This document shows positions 9,956 to 21,044 of a stretch of 64,000 bases of DNA, piece by piece; the first letter of the stretch is position 1, and each line of letters begins with the position of its first letter. The notes beneath the pieces are model-generated. The model saw only the letters and a list, made by a program, of their open reading frames with translations. It did not search any database and had not been told where the DNA came from. The translations under genes were made by a program, and so were the position numbers. Source of the stretch: Escherichia coli (GTDB taxonomy: Bacteria; Pseudomonadota; Gammaproteobacteria; Enterobacterales; Enterobacteriaceae); NCBI GenBank assembly GCA_902500205.1, contig GCA_902500205.1_4868.1; one strand, given 5' to 3'.

Positions 9956-12001
9956 TTAGCTCTCCCGACGGTAAACTTTGATAGTGGTGTTGAACTGGGT
10001 GAGCAGCACACCGCCTTCAGCGATCAGGTCCAGCGTCACAGAGTAACCATTGGATTTATCGTCTGCAGTGAAGTACGCCTTCGGAGTGACGACAGCAACG
10101 TTATCGAGACGGCCTTCCAGACGTTCGATAATTTTGTTCTCAATCATCTTCGCACGTTCATCATCCGTCATGGCCGCTTCGCCAGACATGTCCGCCCATA
10201 CACGGTCGGAAACACGATAGACGTAGGTCATCATGAAGTTGAACAGGGCGTTGTTCAGTACAGAACGATCTTCGCTGTAGATTGACTGAATCGCCGGAAT
10301 GAACAAGCGATAGTAGTCGTAGGAACGGGCAGTGATCAGCGACACATCCCAGTCAGACGCATACACTTCGTTGCCTTTCCACGGCATACTCAGGTCAGTC
10401 AGATCTTCGATAATCGTCAGTTCGCCACGGCTGAAACGATAAGCCGGTTTTGCACGACCGTCGCCTGCACCCAGGTACTTCGAGAAGAAGTTCGCCAGGG
10501 AGTAGTTCATCGGAACAGGCTTCTTGTAGGAAGAGTTCTTGATGAACGCCGATTGGCCGGTGACCATACCACGTGCAGCCGGAGTGCCGTAATAGGCAGA
10601 TTCCGGTACCGCTGTGATCAATTCGATCAGGGCGATTTTTGCACTTTCTTCTGTCTGCTCATCGTTACGACCTTGGTTGTAAACGTGAGTCGCCAGCGTC
10701 AAGAAGGTGTTACGTGAACGACCGATGAAGTTCACGAGCGCAGCTTTAGTATCGAAGCTAAAGCCAGAGTCCCAGAAACAACCCAGCGAGTATTTCAGCT
10801 CGTTGTCGTAACGGACTTTACCGCCATCCGGGAACAGCAGCATTTCACGGCGAACGAGTTCGTCGTAAACGTCGTTGTTCATGGTACCATCGCTACCACC
10901 TTGCAGGTAGTGGATGTTGGATGCGGAGAACACAACTTTACCGGTTTCAGTAGCCGGGTTTACCTGAAGACCATCGTAAGGCTGGCCCAGTAAATCATAG
11001 CCGCCAAAGATGTCAACCATATACGGGTCAGCAGGCGCATCAGTTGTGATAGCGGCCTGAGCCAAGCCCAGTACAGTTTCCAGGTTCTCGCGATACAGAT
11101 AGAACTGCTCGAAAGGACCATAATCTGGCAGCTCGCCAATGTCAGGCATCGTCTGACGATATGCATCCGCAACAACAACTTCGAAGTCGAGTTGCGTTCT
11201 CATCGGCTGATAGTATGCATCGGGCTTAAAGCTAAAATTGATGCTACTCATGCCAGTGAGAGTTTTCCACACTACCGGAGAAGTCACGCCTGCCAGGGTT
11301 TCGAACCATTGCAGGGTGTAAACACGACCACCGACTTCATTTTGATAGGAGGAGGTCAGAGCCGGGCTGGATTTCTCGCTGAGTGGGATCAGTTTGAAAC
11401 CGAAACCGTTGACGTCAGCACCCGCATACGGGCCTGCGATATCGAACAACGGATACAGCTTCGATTTCGTGCCGCCTTCGCCAGTCATCGTCCCCTCGAT
11501 AACCACACCTGCGCCGATGGCCGGGGTAGTTTCGTCGATTACGACAGAACGGAAGACGATTACCAAACCGTCAACTTGTTCTTTGATCTTGGGCTTGCCC
11601 GAGTTGTCGTACTGAACGATCCCGTTGCTGTCGCGTTCGTAGGACGGAACTTTCGTTTCGAGTACGTCGGCGAATACGCGAACACTTGCGGTTTTCGCAT
11701 CTTCAGGGATCAAGCGCTGATACATACACTCGTTTGCGTTAGCGTTGAACATCGCCTGATAGGGCGTGTTGAACGTCGCGTAGGGGCCTCGCAAGTCAAA
11801 GACATTGCGACCAAGCAGAGACAGTGCATTATCCCCGGTTAACGGGAACGCCTCGTTGTCTACCCCGCGCGCGGCAAAGGTGAAGATCAGCGGCTTATGA
11901 ATTGCGTCACCCGTAGGGGTACGCACAAGCTCGGGGACAGAGTTATCCTGCCAACCTTGCTTGTTATTCAACGGCGCGCCGTTTCGTGGAATAAAAGTCA
12001 T
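9956..12001 (-). CDS. abundant virion structural protein, candidate tail sheath (681 aa)
   Basis: Size typical of contractile-tail sheaths; strongly optimised codons; followed by a tube-sized gene and a strong terminator. Confidence 0.4.
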   Translation of the reverse strand: MTFIPRNGAPLNNKQGWQDNSVPELVRTPTGDAIHKPLIFTFAARGVDNEAFPLTGDNALSLLGRNVFDLRGPYATFNTPYQAMFNANANECMYQRLIPEDAKTASVRVFADVLETKVPSYERDSNGIVQYDNSGKPKIKEQVDGLVIVFRSVVIDETTPAIGAGVVIEGTMTGEGGTKSKLYPLFDIAGPYAGADVNGFGFKLIPLSEKSSPALTSSYQNEVGGRVYTLQWFETLAGVTSPVVWKTLTGMSSINFSFKPDAYYQPMRTQLDFEVVVADAYRQTMPDIGELPDYGPFEQFYLYRENLETVLGLAQAAITTDAPADPYMVDIFGGYDLLGQPYDGLQVNPATETGKVVFSASNIHYLQGGSDGTMNNDVYDELVRREMLLFPDGGKVRYDNELKYSLGCFWDSGFSFDTKAALVNFIGRSRNTFLTLATHVYNQGRNDEQTEESAKIALIELITAVPESAYYGTPAARGMVTGQSAFIKNSSYKKPVPMNYSLANFFSKYLGAGDGRAKPAYRFSRGELTIIEDLTDLSMPWKGNEVYASDWDVSLITARSYDYYRLFIPAIQSIYSEDRSVLNNALFNFMMTYVYRVSDRVWADMSGEAAMTDDERAKMIENKIIERLEGRLDNVAVVTPKAYFTADDKSNGYSVTLDLIAEGGVLLTQFNTTIKVYRRES

Positions 12002-12058
12002 GGAACGTCTCCATATATTCGTCTTAAAGACCTGATGGTCATACTAAGGATCATACTC

Positions 12059-12964
12059 ATGGCACTCGAAAACGCTTACAGCGGTAATCCCTTTAATGCA
12101 CTTGACCTTACTCGCACCAAGGCAGACCTGGAATTAGCCCGTAAACTTAACCAAACTGTCTCGCAGTCCGATGAAGTTCATTACGTTGTTGAGACCGCTG
12201 ATGTAAAACCGTTTCCTTTGCCGATTGTTATCGGCGACGACGTTTATGTATACGCAGCCACGTTTACCACGCTGGATAAGACCAACGAGCTAAAAATACG
12301 AAACCCAGTCGAACACGCATTGCGTCTCGACCAGGCTCGCTGGGAATTGGTGTGGAAACGGAGTAATGGTAAGCTTGCTGCACTGATGGCACAGATGCCC
12401 TACCACCATGAGATTTTCAGCAAATGGGTGTCGGATGCGATTACCCACACGTTTGCACTTGCTCCATATCAAAGTGGGCAAATCAAAGCGTTGGCTGCAT
12501 TGTTCTCTGTGGGACAGTTCTATAATCACGTCGAAGATGATGTGAAAGCTTTACGTTTGCAGCAGATGCTGGAGCAACAATTAGGCTTACCTGCGGAACT
12601 GTTTGAATCAGTGACAGGCCACACAGAATATCTTTTCCCGCGTAATATCGCAGAATTCGTCGAAATGGTGCAGGCTGCAGATATCACTCCGCGGGTGCGT
12701 GACCTGAGCATTCTGTCTCTGCAGCAGATGTTGAATACCAGCTTCTTCGGGGTGAGTTATGAAAAACAACTCGCTACCAGCGCCATCGAATATCCGCCTA
12801 GTCTCTTCGTTATGATTAAGGCTTGTCTGGATAATAACATGTTTAACCGCAGTCGGTTAGGTGGGATTGTGAAGAAGTCAGACACCGCTAAGAAACGCGA
12901 TAAGTTTGAATTCACCTACAACCTTCTGATGAATCAAAACACCAAACCACTGAACATCAAGTAA
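12059..12964 (+). CDS. hypothetical protein (start moved to ATG 12059)
   Basis: AAGGA 8 nt upstream of ATG 12059; track start 11897 would overlap the divergent gene. Confidence 0.5.
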   Translation: MALENAYSGNPFNALDLTRTKADLELARKLNQTVSQSDEVHYVVETADVKPFPLPIVIGDDVYVYAATFTTLDKTNELKIRNPVEHALRLDQARWELVWKRSNGKLAALMAQMPYHHEIFSKWVSDAITHTFALAPYQSGQIKALAALFSVGQFYNHVEDDVKALRLQQMLEQQLGLPAELFESVTGHTEYLFPRNIAEFVEMVQAADITPRVRDLSILSLQQMLNTSFFGVSYEKQLATSAIEYPPSLFVMIKACLDNNMFNRSRLGGIVKKSDTAKKRDKFEFTYNLLMNQNTKPLNIK

Positions 12965-12974
12965 GAGGCCCACT

Positions 12975-15488
12975 ATGGAGAACTGGCTGGTCGCTCACGC
13001 CGTTAAAAATGCGTGGCAGCGTCCGTACCTCGATGGGGTGTTGAACATTGCGCCTTTTCGATTAACTGAAAAGACCGGAGCGATCGGGTTTTTCAAGCAC
13101 GGGCGTAATCCGATTCCTTTACCGGGCGAGGGGTGGTGGCACGCGTTTGTAATTGACAAGCTCCACCTCAACTACGGCAACTTGAGCATCCCTCCTGAGC
13201 GCTGGAAGAAACTTACTACGTGTGTAAATAACTTCCATGCGTGGATGCAGGTGTACAACGAAGATGGGACAATTATCCCGTCGAACTCTGTGTATTTCTG
13301 GCGGACACTCTCTGGTCAGATTTACATGGCGATTCCGCAAACGGAACGCTACAAGTGGTTAGACGACACACCATGTTATCTACGCATTTATGCCGGTAAT
13401 GATGGCGGCGAAAACGCTCCTGTTGTTAAACCGACATTCATCGAACCGTATAATCCGCCGAACCCACAACAGATCCAGATCGTCTTAGACCGTTATAATC
13501 TGTTGAAAGGCCAGAAAATCGGCTATGTCGATTTCTGGGTAAACGGAAAGATGATTGCTAATCCTAAGCCCGCGGATATCAAAGCATGGGATGATGTTGA
13601 AATTCGTGTCGATGGGCGTATTCGTCGTGTGATTGAATACCGTTGTGGGGATTTGCAAACGTTCTACTCAACGCTTGACCAAACACGAAAATACCTGCTG
13701 CACATTCCAAAAGGGGATGGCATTTGGATTTTCAACAACGACTGTGAAATTCAGTTGTTGTGGAAAGGCGAAGGGCGTTACTACCACCGCCACCGTCATC
13801 AGGCCGTGCGTCAATTGACGTGGAACGATATATCGATTCCGTCGATGCGGATTTCGAAATACCGCACCGCTTTCACTAACCCAATGAATGATATCGACGA
13901 ACTAACGATTCGTTTATTGATACGCGACGATTTCCTTGACCTGAAGCCGCTGTATAACTCCACCCACACACATGACCTCTATCGTCTTAGCGACGAGCAG
14001 ATCATCGGTGCGATGGTGGGGGCAAACTCCAACGTACCAGAGTGGACCGCAGCAGCGCTCGAGGAATCGGCAGCGAATCGGTTAGCGGCAGCCAAACTCC
14101 GGAACATCACACGCGATCTCTGCACTGATGCGTACGGCTACAATGCCGCCGCACGTTACAGTGCCGACACTCCACAGCGTCTGGAACTTACATCCGGTGG
14201 CTATCGCGGTACTTTGCCCGACTTACTGGCAACGCTGTCAACTGTATACGAGTACGATGCCGATGGGTTGCTGTTAGAACATCACCGTAATGCAGGCTAC
14301 GATGTTTACATCCCTCGCAATCCAGAAGCACGAATCATCGAGGCTATTGCGGGTGAAGTCTCGGATGCGGTGAAGATTGTTGACAACGCTCCCGACTTTG
14401 AAATTGAGCCGGGTTCAAACGTTGGGTTGTGGATTCGAATGGTCATCGGGGAAGTTCCAACCAACGACTACTACAAAGCCGAGGAAGGAACGGATTATAC
14501 TCGCGACGGAAATAAAATCACCTGGACCGTAGATCGGACACGACGTCACCCGACAGTGATTTACGACGACTTCCATCTGTTCTTCGAAGTGGATGTTAAG
14601 GTGTCGGAAGGTCAGATACGTATTCCGATTGTAGCACGCAACCAAGACGGGCAGCAGCGCACGCTGTGGCTACCGATGGAAACGGTTGAAGTGTGGTTGA
14701 ACAACCACCCACTGGTGCACGGTATCGATTACCACACCCGCTGGCCGGAAATTGTGGTGGTTTGTAAAGCGTGGATGGCGGACGGGGATACAAATAAAGT
14801 CTCAGTGCGTTGTCGTGGCGTGACCGGTGAACTCCGTATTCCTAAACATGGTTTCGTGTCAAACGGACTGCTGTCTAATAACAGCCAGTTTGATTGCCGT
14901 GACGACAAAGTGATTCGTGTCGTGGGCGGCGGTTCACTGCTATTGCGTGACGAAGTCGTGTTCCGTGAAGACAACACTGTAGGTGTTGACATCGTGCAAG
15001 ACGGGTTCCCATACTCGGTCGACGATCCGACTATTCCGTTGCGGACGCTGGTAAGCGGCGATACGTACGACTTGCGCGACACTGCCCGTGATTTGGACAC
15101 ACGCGTCGAGGCTTACCTGTCTAACTGGTTCCCGACACCTCCGCCGGTTAACCCGGTACCGTTGCCGTATCTGTATCACCTCTATTCGCCAACCCTGAAC
15201 AAAATCTTGTGGGACTACTTGCAAGGTATTCTGATTCTGCGGGAAGACGATCCGGAGTATCGTATCTCGACGTCACAGCTGGATGACATCATGGAGCGTT
15301 ATAAAGACCTCCTGCCGTTTGACCCGGCCTATATCGGTTACGATAAAGCGTTTGTGAAACTGCATCCGCATGTGAAGTACGAAACGGTAGAAATCAACGA
15401 ACTTGGCTTTGCTTTCTTAGACCGCGTCAATGAACGTTATCTGAATGGCGAAGTGCAGCTTAATCAGTATCTGATAATCAAGGGTTAA
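12975..15488 (+). CDS. large hypothetical protein (837 aa), possible virion protein
   Basis: Long ORF with GAGG upstream, in the same array as the terminase gene. Confidence 0.6.
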   Translation: MENWLVAHAVKNAWQRPYLDGVLNIAPFRLTEKTGAIGFFKHGRNPIPLPGEGWWHAFVIDKLHLNYGNLSIPPERWKKLTTCVNNFHAWMQVYNEDGTIIPSNSVYFWRTLSGQIYMAIPQTERYKWLDDTPCYLRIYAGNDGGENAPVVKPTFIEPYNPPNPQQIQIVLDRYNLLKGQKIGYVDFWVNGKMIANPKPADIKAWDDVEIRVDGRIRRVIEYRCGDLQTFYSTLDQTRKYLLHIPKGDGIWIFNNDCEIQLLWKGEGRYYHRHRHQAVRQLTWNDISIPSMRISKYRTAFTNPMNDIDELTIRLLIRDDFLDLKPLYNSTHTHDLYRLSDEQIIGAMVGANSNVPEWTAAALEESAANRLAAAKLRNITRDLCTDAYGYNAAARYSADTPQRLELTSGGYRGTLPDLLATLSTVYEYDADGLLLEHHRNAGYDVYIPRNPEARIIEAIAGEVSDAVKIVDNAPDFEIEPGSNVGLWIRMVIGEVPTNDYYKAEEGTDYTRDGNKITWTVDRTRRHPTVIYDDFHLFFEVDVKVSEGQIRIPIVARNQDGQQRTLWLPMETVEVWLNNHPLVHGIDYHTRWPEIVVVCKAWMADGDTNKVSVRCRGVTGELRIPKHGFVSNGLLSNNSQFDCRDDKVIRVVGGGSLLLRDEVVFREDNTVGVDIVQDGFPYSVDDPTIPLRTLVSGDTYDLRDTARDLDTRVEAYLSNWFPTPPPVNPVPLPYLYHLYSPTLNKILWDYLQGILILREDDPEYRISTSQLDDIMERYKDLLPFDPAYIGYDKAFVKLHPHVKYETVEINELGFAFLDRVNERYLNGEVQLNQYLIIKG

Positions 15489-15490
15489 TC

Positions 15491-17134
15491 ATGGCGAAGA
15501 TTGCGTCCAAATTAATCGACAAGGATCGCGGGTTCGAAGTCTGGGACCCGAGTGAATTGTACGAACCAAACAAACCAACAGGTTACGTACCTAACCCACG
15601 CGACCTCATCGTGAACGACATGACCTCCGGTTTTGACCGTGTGGTTAGCGTAAACTATTCGGTACCGTCGTGGGAAACAGAACCGTTCGGTGGCGTTGGT
15701 GTGGCAAACCAAGACGGGCGTCTTAATGGTCACTACCCACTACGCTCTGACAGATATCGCGTCTACGTGGACAGCACCAAACTTCCACCGACGATGGTTA
15801 TCGATGATGCCGTCACTTTCAACGGTCCCGATATCGACGGTGTGCGTATCTTGCGTGGCTCATCTGTAAACGATGATGCGGAAATCCTGTCTGGTTATTA
15901 CAAAGACGGGGTTCTGAAAAAGAACTATCTGCCGGTGCAGACTATCAGTGCGGCTGACGCAGAAACCGTGGTGAAGCAAGCGATTCCTGGGAGCTGCCTG
16001 GCCGAAGTCAGTAACGGCGAAGAGTGTACCTTCCTGGTCTACTCCGACGTCGGTAACGTTGTTCAGATCGCTCACGGTCACATCATCAAGACCAATCTGG
16101 TGATGGCGCAAGAGACTCCGTCTCGCACTGTGCTAGGTATTAAACTGGTTTCTCCGTTCCTGGTAGACGACAACGGTACTACGCTGACGCTGCCGATTAA
16201 CATCCCGCTGGAATCTATTCCGCTGTGGTGTGACATCCAGTACAGCGACGGAACCAAACGCCTACCTATTGATGGCTCGCGTGTGAAGTTTAACGGTCTG
16301 CGCAACTCTGGTGCTCACGACACATTCTACATTGCGTCAAACGCCGGTAATGAGTTACCTTGCCAGTTAAGCTATCAGCTGGCCCGTGGTGAAACCTACG
16401 GTGGTACTGACATTGTTAAAGATACAATTGTCAAAGACTACACCGCTGTAACCGAAACAGTCGATGGTGCTTATTCCATGAAGCTGTTTGTGGTTCCGCG
16501 TTGGTTGGATGCGAACCGTGGTTATCGTCTGTCGTTCCTGCTGTACAACCTGACACGCGGCCAAGTCTACGACGCGACCGCAAACATCCAGTACACCACA
16601 GGGACTACTTTCGACCCACTATTGATGGGTGTGAAACAGCGTCTGAACGTGCAGGTGGATATCAGCAAAGTAAATCCACAATTCCGCGCATTCATCCAGG
16701 CGCAGTCTTTCGCCATCACGTTAGTGAACCCAGGTAACGAGTTGAATACCAACTTCCTTATCGAATACCTGCCAGATGGGCTGGTCTACGGTAATGAAAT
16801 TTGGGCGGAGTTCAAATACTCTAACGTCAACTACTCCACGCTGAACCTTCGTTGTGGTTGTGCCTCTAAAGCCGAGTGGCTTAAAGCGTTGTACGAGCCG
16901 ATTTATCCGCTCTACGATCGTCGTAATGAATCTGAGGCTCCCGAGCCTACACACTTTGAGGTGCATGTCGGTGGTAAGGTTTACACCCACAGCATCGATG
17001 AGTGGTTAAATGAGCAAACGGTAGATTATCGTATCGCTCTGGACGATTCGTTAGTTATTCGCTGGATTCGTCGCACTCCTACGGATACGCTTAACCTCGC
17101 GGCTACGCCAATGCTGGCGCACCACATCGAGTAA
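15491..17134 (+). CDS. hypothetical protein (547 aa), possible virion protein
   Basis: Coupled to the upstream gene. Confidence 0.6.
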   Translation: MAKIASKLIDKDRGFEVWDPSELYEPNKPTGYVPNPRDLIVNDMTSGFDRVVSVNYSVPSWETEPFGGVGVANQDGRLNGHYPLRSDRYRVYVDSTKLPPTMVIDDAVTFNGPDIDGVRILRGSSVNDDAEILSGYYKDGVLKKNYLPVQTISAADAETVVKQAIPGSCLAEVSNGEECTFLVYSDVGNVVQIAHGHIIKTNLVMAQETPSRTVLGIKLVSPFLVDDNGTTLTLPINIPLESIPLWCDIQYSDGTKRLPIDGSRVKFNGLRNSGAHDTFYIASNAGNELPCQLSYQLARGETYGGTDIVKDTIVKDYTAVTETVDGAYSMKLFVVPRWLDANRGYRLSFLLYNLTRGQVYDATANIQYTTGTTFDPLLMGVKQRLNVQVDISKVNPQFRAFIQAQSFAITLVNPGNELNTNFLIEYLPDGLVYGNEIWAEFKYSNVNYSTLNLRCGCASKAEWLKALYEPIYPLYDRRNESEAPEPTHFEVHVGGKVYTHSIDEWLNEQTVDYRIALDDSLVIRWIRRTPTDTLNLAATPMLAHHIE

Positions 17135-17178
17135 CAAACCTTCCTCCACCCCTTCGGGGGTGGAGGTATGGAGATTGT

Positions 17179-19290
17179 ATGATACTGCGAAAAAACGATT
17201 GGCGGCACTATCCGGGGGCGATTGTTGACGATGTCACGCCAAACGTGCACTTCCTTCAATTCGCCACAACACTACAGGGATTAGGTGTCCAGCACTGGTA
17301 CGTACACCTGGCGTTACACAATCCTGAGCTACGTGGTGTTGATCCATTCAGTCCGGATTTAACGCTCGAACAAAAAGCGATGATTGTTACGGAGTGCGCG
17401 GAAAACCCATGGTACTTCTTCCGTGAATGTGTCCGTGTCCCTGCGGATGGTGTAAAAAACGGGATGCCGTTTCGTCTAGACCGCGGTAACTTTTCGATGT
17501 ACTGGATTTTCTTCAACAACATCGACGCCGCTATCGAGTTTCTCCGTCAGCATGGTAAAACTGTCGGGATGTCCGCACTGCTATTATGGCTGATGCGCTT
17601 CCTGGAGAACTCACGTACGATTCTTATCACGAAGGGTCCTGCCCTGCGTGAAGAAACTATCAACAAGATGAAGCAACTGCGTAACGCGTTACCGGATTAC
17701 CTCTGGCCTCATCATCCGGACGATCCTGATAACCGTGAGACATTTGCTTGTCTAGCACAGGGTAACAAACTTATCACCGGCATCGGCCAGAACGATAAGG
17801 AAGCCGCGAACGGGGTAGGCCGTGGACTCACAGCCGGACGCCTGTTCTCGGACGAAGGACCGTTTACCAACAACATCCACCATATCCTCCCTGCTGCACT
17901 AGCATCGGGTACCGCGGCGCGTCGTATTAACGAAGCCGAAGGTGTTCCATACGGCAACGTCTTCGCAACAACGCCTGGGGATTTGGCGACAGAAGAAGGC
18001 GAGTACATGTACAGCCTGATGACGTCGGGGATTTCGTGGGATGAACGGTATATCGACATTCCGACTCGTGCACAACTGATTGACATGATTCGCAAAGGCT
18101 CTACTGCGAAGATTCCACGTATCATGTTCTACGTGAAATACAACCACCGCCAACTCGGTACCACGGACGAAGAACTCGCAGATATGATTGCGAACGCCCC
18201 AGGTACACTAGACCAAATCCGCCGTGACTTCGGTGGTGAATGGACAACCGGTGGTTACAACAAACCGTTCTCAGGCGATGATGCAAGACGTATGAACGCC
18301 TCGCGTATTCGTGCGGCGCAGAAAATTATTTCTGCTTCCAACTACGTAACGGATTGGTATTACACTGAAGAACAGATGCTGGTTAAAATGCAAGACCGCC
18401 ACATCATCGGTTTGGATACTTCCGAAGCCGTTGGACGTGACGCCATTGCCATGTCAATCGTCAACTCTGTCACTGCCGAATATGCCGGCAAGCTCACCGT
18501 GAACGAAACAAACGTCATCGGGTTTGCGATTCACTTAGCAGACTTCATGATCGAATATCCGAACACGGTACTCATTCTGGAACGACGGTCTACCGGCTCC
18601 TCGGTAGCAGATGCCATTATACTGCAGCTGCAATCTAAGGTTCGCGATTTGCATCGTCGTTTGTACGTGAAAGTGACCCAGGATTACTCAAGGAACGATG
18701 AACTTTACAAAGAGTTCCATCGTGGCCCTGTGGGCAGTCCAGAGCGCTTCTGGGACAAATTCCGTAAATACATCGGTTTCTCAACCGACCAGGATAAACG
18801 CCGTAAGTTGTATGGTGAAGTATTTACCACGGCGTTGCGTCTTTCTGCGGACTTACTGCGGTCAGGCGAATTGATCGACCAAATCCTCGGTCTCGTCGAA
18901 CGAAACGGGCGCATAGACCACCGTGCATCCGGTCACGATGACCTGGTAATATCCTGGCTTCTGGCAATGTGGTTACTTCTGTTCGGCAACAACTTAGGCC
19001 ACTACGGTATAAGTAACAGCCGACTGATGATGCGCAACCGCAATATGCTCGGGGGCATGGCAGGTGAATTCGATGAAGAGGCTGCAGTCGAGGAAGAAGA
19101 AAAGCAACAACAACTGATGGGGCAAATTGAAACGATGATTAGACAGAGTCAAGTTGTAGCCGACCCGGTACAACAGCTCATGTACAAGAATCGTATTCAA
19201 GCGCTCGTCTCTCAACTCAACACTGACGTTCGTAACGTCGCATCGATGGAAAGCTTGAAAGAGCTAATCCAACGACAGAGGATGAAGTGA
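17179..19290 (+). CDS. terminase large subunit (ATPase plus nuclease)
   Basis: Walker A LRQHGKT close to T4 gp17 SRQLGKT; C-terminal nuclease-type motif RASGHDDLVISWLLA. Confidence 0.7.
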   Translation: MILRKNDWRHYPGAIVDDVTPNVHFLQFATTLQGLGVQHWYVHLALHNPELRGVDPFSPDLTLEQKAMIVTECAENPWYFFRECVRVPADGVKNGMPFRLDRGNFSMYWIFFNNIDAAIEFLRQHGKTVGMSALLLWLMRFLENSRTILITKGPALREETINKMKQLRNALPDYLWPHHPDDPDNRETFACLAQGNKLITGIGQNDKEAANGVGRGLTAGRLFSDEGPFTNNIHHILPAALASGTAARRINEAEGVPYGNVFATTPGDLATEEGEYMYSLMTSGISWDERYIDIPTRAQLIDMIRKGSTAKIPRIMFYVKYNHRQLGTTDEELADMIANAPGTLDQIRRDFGGEWTTGGYNKPFSGDDARRMNASRIRAAQKIISASNYVTDWYYTEEQMLVKMQDRHIIGLDTSEAVGRDAIAMSIVNSVTAEYAGKLTVNETNVIGFAIHLADFMIEYPNTVLILERRSTGSSVADAIILQLQSKVRDLHRRLYVKVTQDYSRNDELYKEFHRGPVGSPERFWDKFRKYIGFSTDQDKRRKLYGEVFTTALRLSADLLRSGELIDQILGLVERNGRIDHRASGHDDLVISWLLAMWLLLFGNNLGHYGISNSRLMMRNRNMLGGMAGEFDEEAAVEEEEKQQQLMGQIETMIRQSQVVADPVQQLMYKNRIQALVSQLNTDVRNVASMESLKELIQRQRMK

Positions 19291-19529
19291 TGACTCAACT
19301 CTACTATGCAATCGTGATGGTAATGTGGATTTGCCTGTACTTTGGCTTACGCCACACCATCGAAGTAATACGCATCCACGCACAAAGCCACGATGTCTGC
19401 ACACGCACAATGCGGCTCGGACAGATCACCTGTAGCTTTGGCGTATTGCTTATCGGTGGACTATCGACCGCGGGGCTACACGTTGTGTATACCCTACATC
19501 AAGTTGCCGTATCGGGAGCACTCGCCTGA
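19287..19529 (+). CDS. small hydrophobic protein, probably membrane
   Basis: Two hydrophobic stretches; start overlaps the terminase stop. Confidence 0.45.
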   Translation: MMTQLYYAIVMVMWICLYFGLRHTIEVIRIHAQSHDVCTRTMRLGQITCSFGVLLIGGLSTAGLHVVYTLHQVAVSGALA

Positions 19530-19544
19530 ATCAACTTTAACTCG

Positions 19545-19600
19545 AAAAAATACGACGTAGCCACCTCTCCGAAACTGGAGAGGTGGCATTTTATTTTATT
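19545..19600. terminator. bidirectional intrinsic terminator
   Basis: Hairpin CCACCTCTCC-GAAA-CTGGAGAGGTGG with A-run before and T-run after. Confidence 0.7.
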
Positions 19601-20972
19601 TCTGCAAAGAGCGGATCAAGAAGTACAACAACAACGCATTACGCAAAGCGGCCAATGCGGCTTCATGGCGGATATGTGTTTCTCGTGCAGCCAGTTTCTC
19701 AATCCGTTCACGCAACGATAACACGTATGGGTTAGGGGACTTCGAAGCCTGGTACAACGAACGCATACGCAGTAGAACCGTACTCGCATCGTTAAAGTTC
19801 AGACGAGAAGTAACAATTTCGTCGAACGCGTGCGATAGCGTGTCCTCCATGATAGCGTTAATCTCATCACGCTTTTTGCCAAGTGGTAGACTTGCAATAT
19901 ACGCCAGCAAAGTTTTCAGTGCCGCGGGAGATGCTTTGGGTACTAGCTCCAACACCACTTTTGCTAATTGCTCTTTGTAAAGATTGTTGATATCGTAAGA
20001 CGCATCAAACAGATTCTGCTTAGCGATATCCAGTGCACCCACTTTGTCACGGATAATCGACTCGCCATCTAACTCAATTCGGGTTGACTGCGTAATCACA
20101 CGACTGTTATCACGACGCACTTTGTCAAGCACCGCGTAATAGTCCTTCACGGTTTGTTTGGTACGGGTGTTCAGGTCGGTGATAAAACGCAATACCAGGT
20201 CTGGCGTATCAAAACGTTTAACCGCGTCGTAGTTTGGGTACTCCGGAGAACAGAAGTATTCTGAACGCTCCTGCATGTGCAGACCCCAGTTGCCTAAACG
20301 ACGGATATCGAACTTTAACGACAACATCGAGTATGCGGCGTCGGCGGCGGCCATATCGACCGGCTTGGGGAAGAAGTGATAATATATACTGGAGTAGAAT
20401 TTGAATTGCAGAAGCGTTACTAACGATACCGCCGCGGCGTGGATTTCACGATCGGCGAATTTCGGCATCATTCGATGTAGAGTATACACCGTAGAGAGGT
20501 TATACGGATCACCCGCCACTGCCCAGTCGGTGTTAATCGTACCCGATTCTTTAATCATCTCGAACAGATAATCTTCATCCACTTTCAAGACATCTTCAAA
20601 AAAGCGGTTACGGTCAGAATCGTAGAAACGAATGGTGTGGACGCCTAATAGATTAGACCCTAGCCACTCCACATTGCCTTCACGTTTAAGAATGTTATCC
20701 ACGTGAAGTTGAATTTGCTTTGCAAAACGACGATCGATAACGACGTGTTTAAAACATTCGTCAAACACTTTACGTAATCGGTCATTCTTCATGGCTTCTG
20801 CAGCAACTACCAGCCCCATCGGAACGTAGCCGCCAAAACCGTAGTCGTAATACAAGCCCGTAGAATACGTGTCATCGTCGAAGAATGGGTCACGTCCGAA
20901 TGATTCGACGGCAACCTTCACTCCGGTATCACGATAACAACCGGCACTGAAATCATAAACCAATTCAGACAT
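19596..20972 (-). CDS. hypothetical protein (458 aa)
   Basis: Long minus-strand ORF followed by a terminator. Confidence 0.6.
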   Translation of the reverse strand: MSELVYDFSAGCYRDTGVKVAVESFGRDPFFDDDTYSTGLYYDYGFGGYVPMGLVVAAEAMKNDRLRKVFDECFKHVVIDRRFAKQIQLHVDNILKREGNVEWLGSNLLGVHTIRFYDSDRNRFFEDVLKVDEDYLFEMIKESGTINTDWAVAGDPYNLSTVYTLHRMMPKFADREIHAAAVSLVTLLQFKFYSSIYYHFFPKPVDMAAADAAYSMLSLKFDIRRLGNWGLHMQERSEYFCSPEYPNYDAVKRFDTPDLVLRFITDLNTRTKQTVKDYYAVLDKVRRDNSRVITQSTRIELDGESIIRDKVGALDIAKQNLFDASYDINNLYKEQLAKVVLELVPKASPAALKTLLAYIASLPLGKKRDEINAIMEDTLSHAFDEIVTSRLNFNDASTVLLRMRSLYQASKSPNPYVLSLRERIEKLAARETHIRHEAALAALRNALLLYFLIRSLQK

Positions 20973-21044
20973 GGCGCTAAACCTCTAAAAATTTACGGAT
21001 ATATGTTATCATACTGAGAGTATACCTGAAGGAGATTTTACCCA

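Noticed and set aside
17140-17170. Hairpin CCTCCACCCC-TTCG-GGGGTGGAGG before the terminase gene as a terminator
   Set aside because: No T-run follows and the 3' arm contains the terminase Shine-Dalgarno (GGAGG); more likely an RNA structure around the ribosome-binding site than a terminator.
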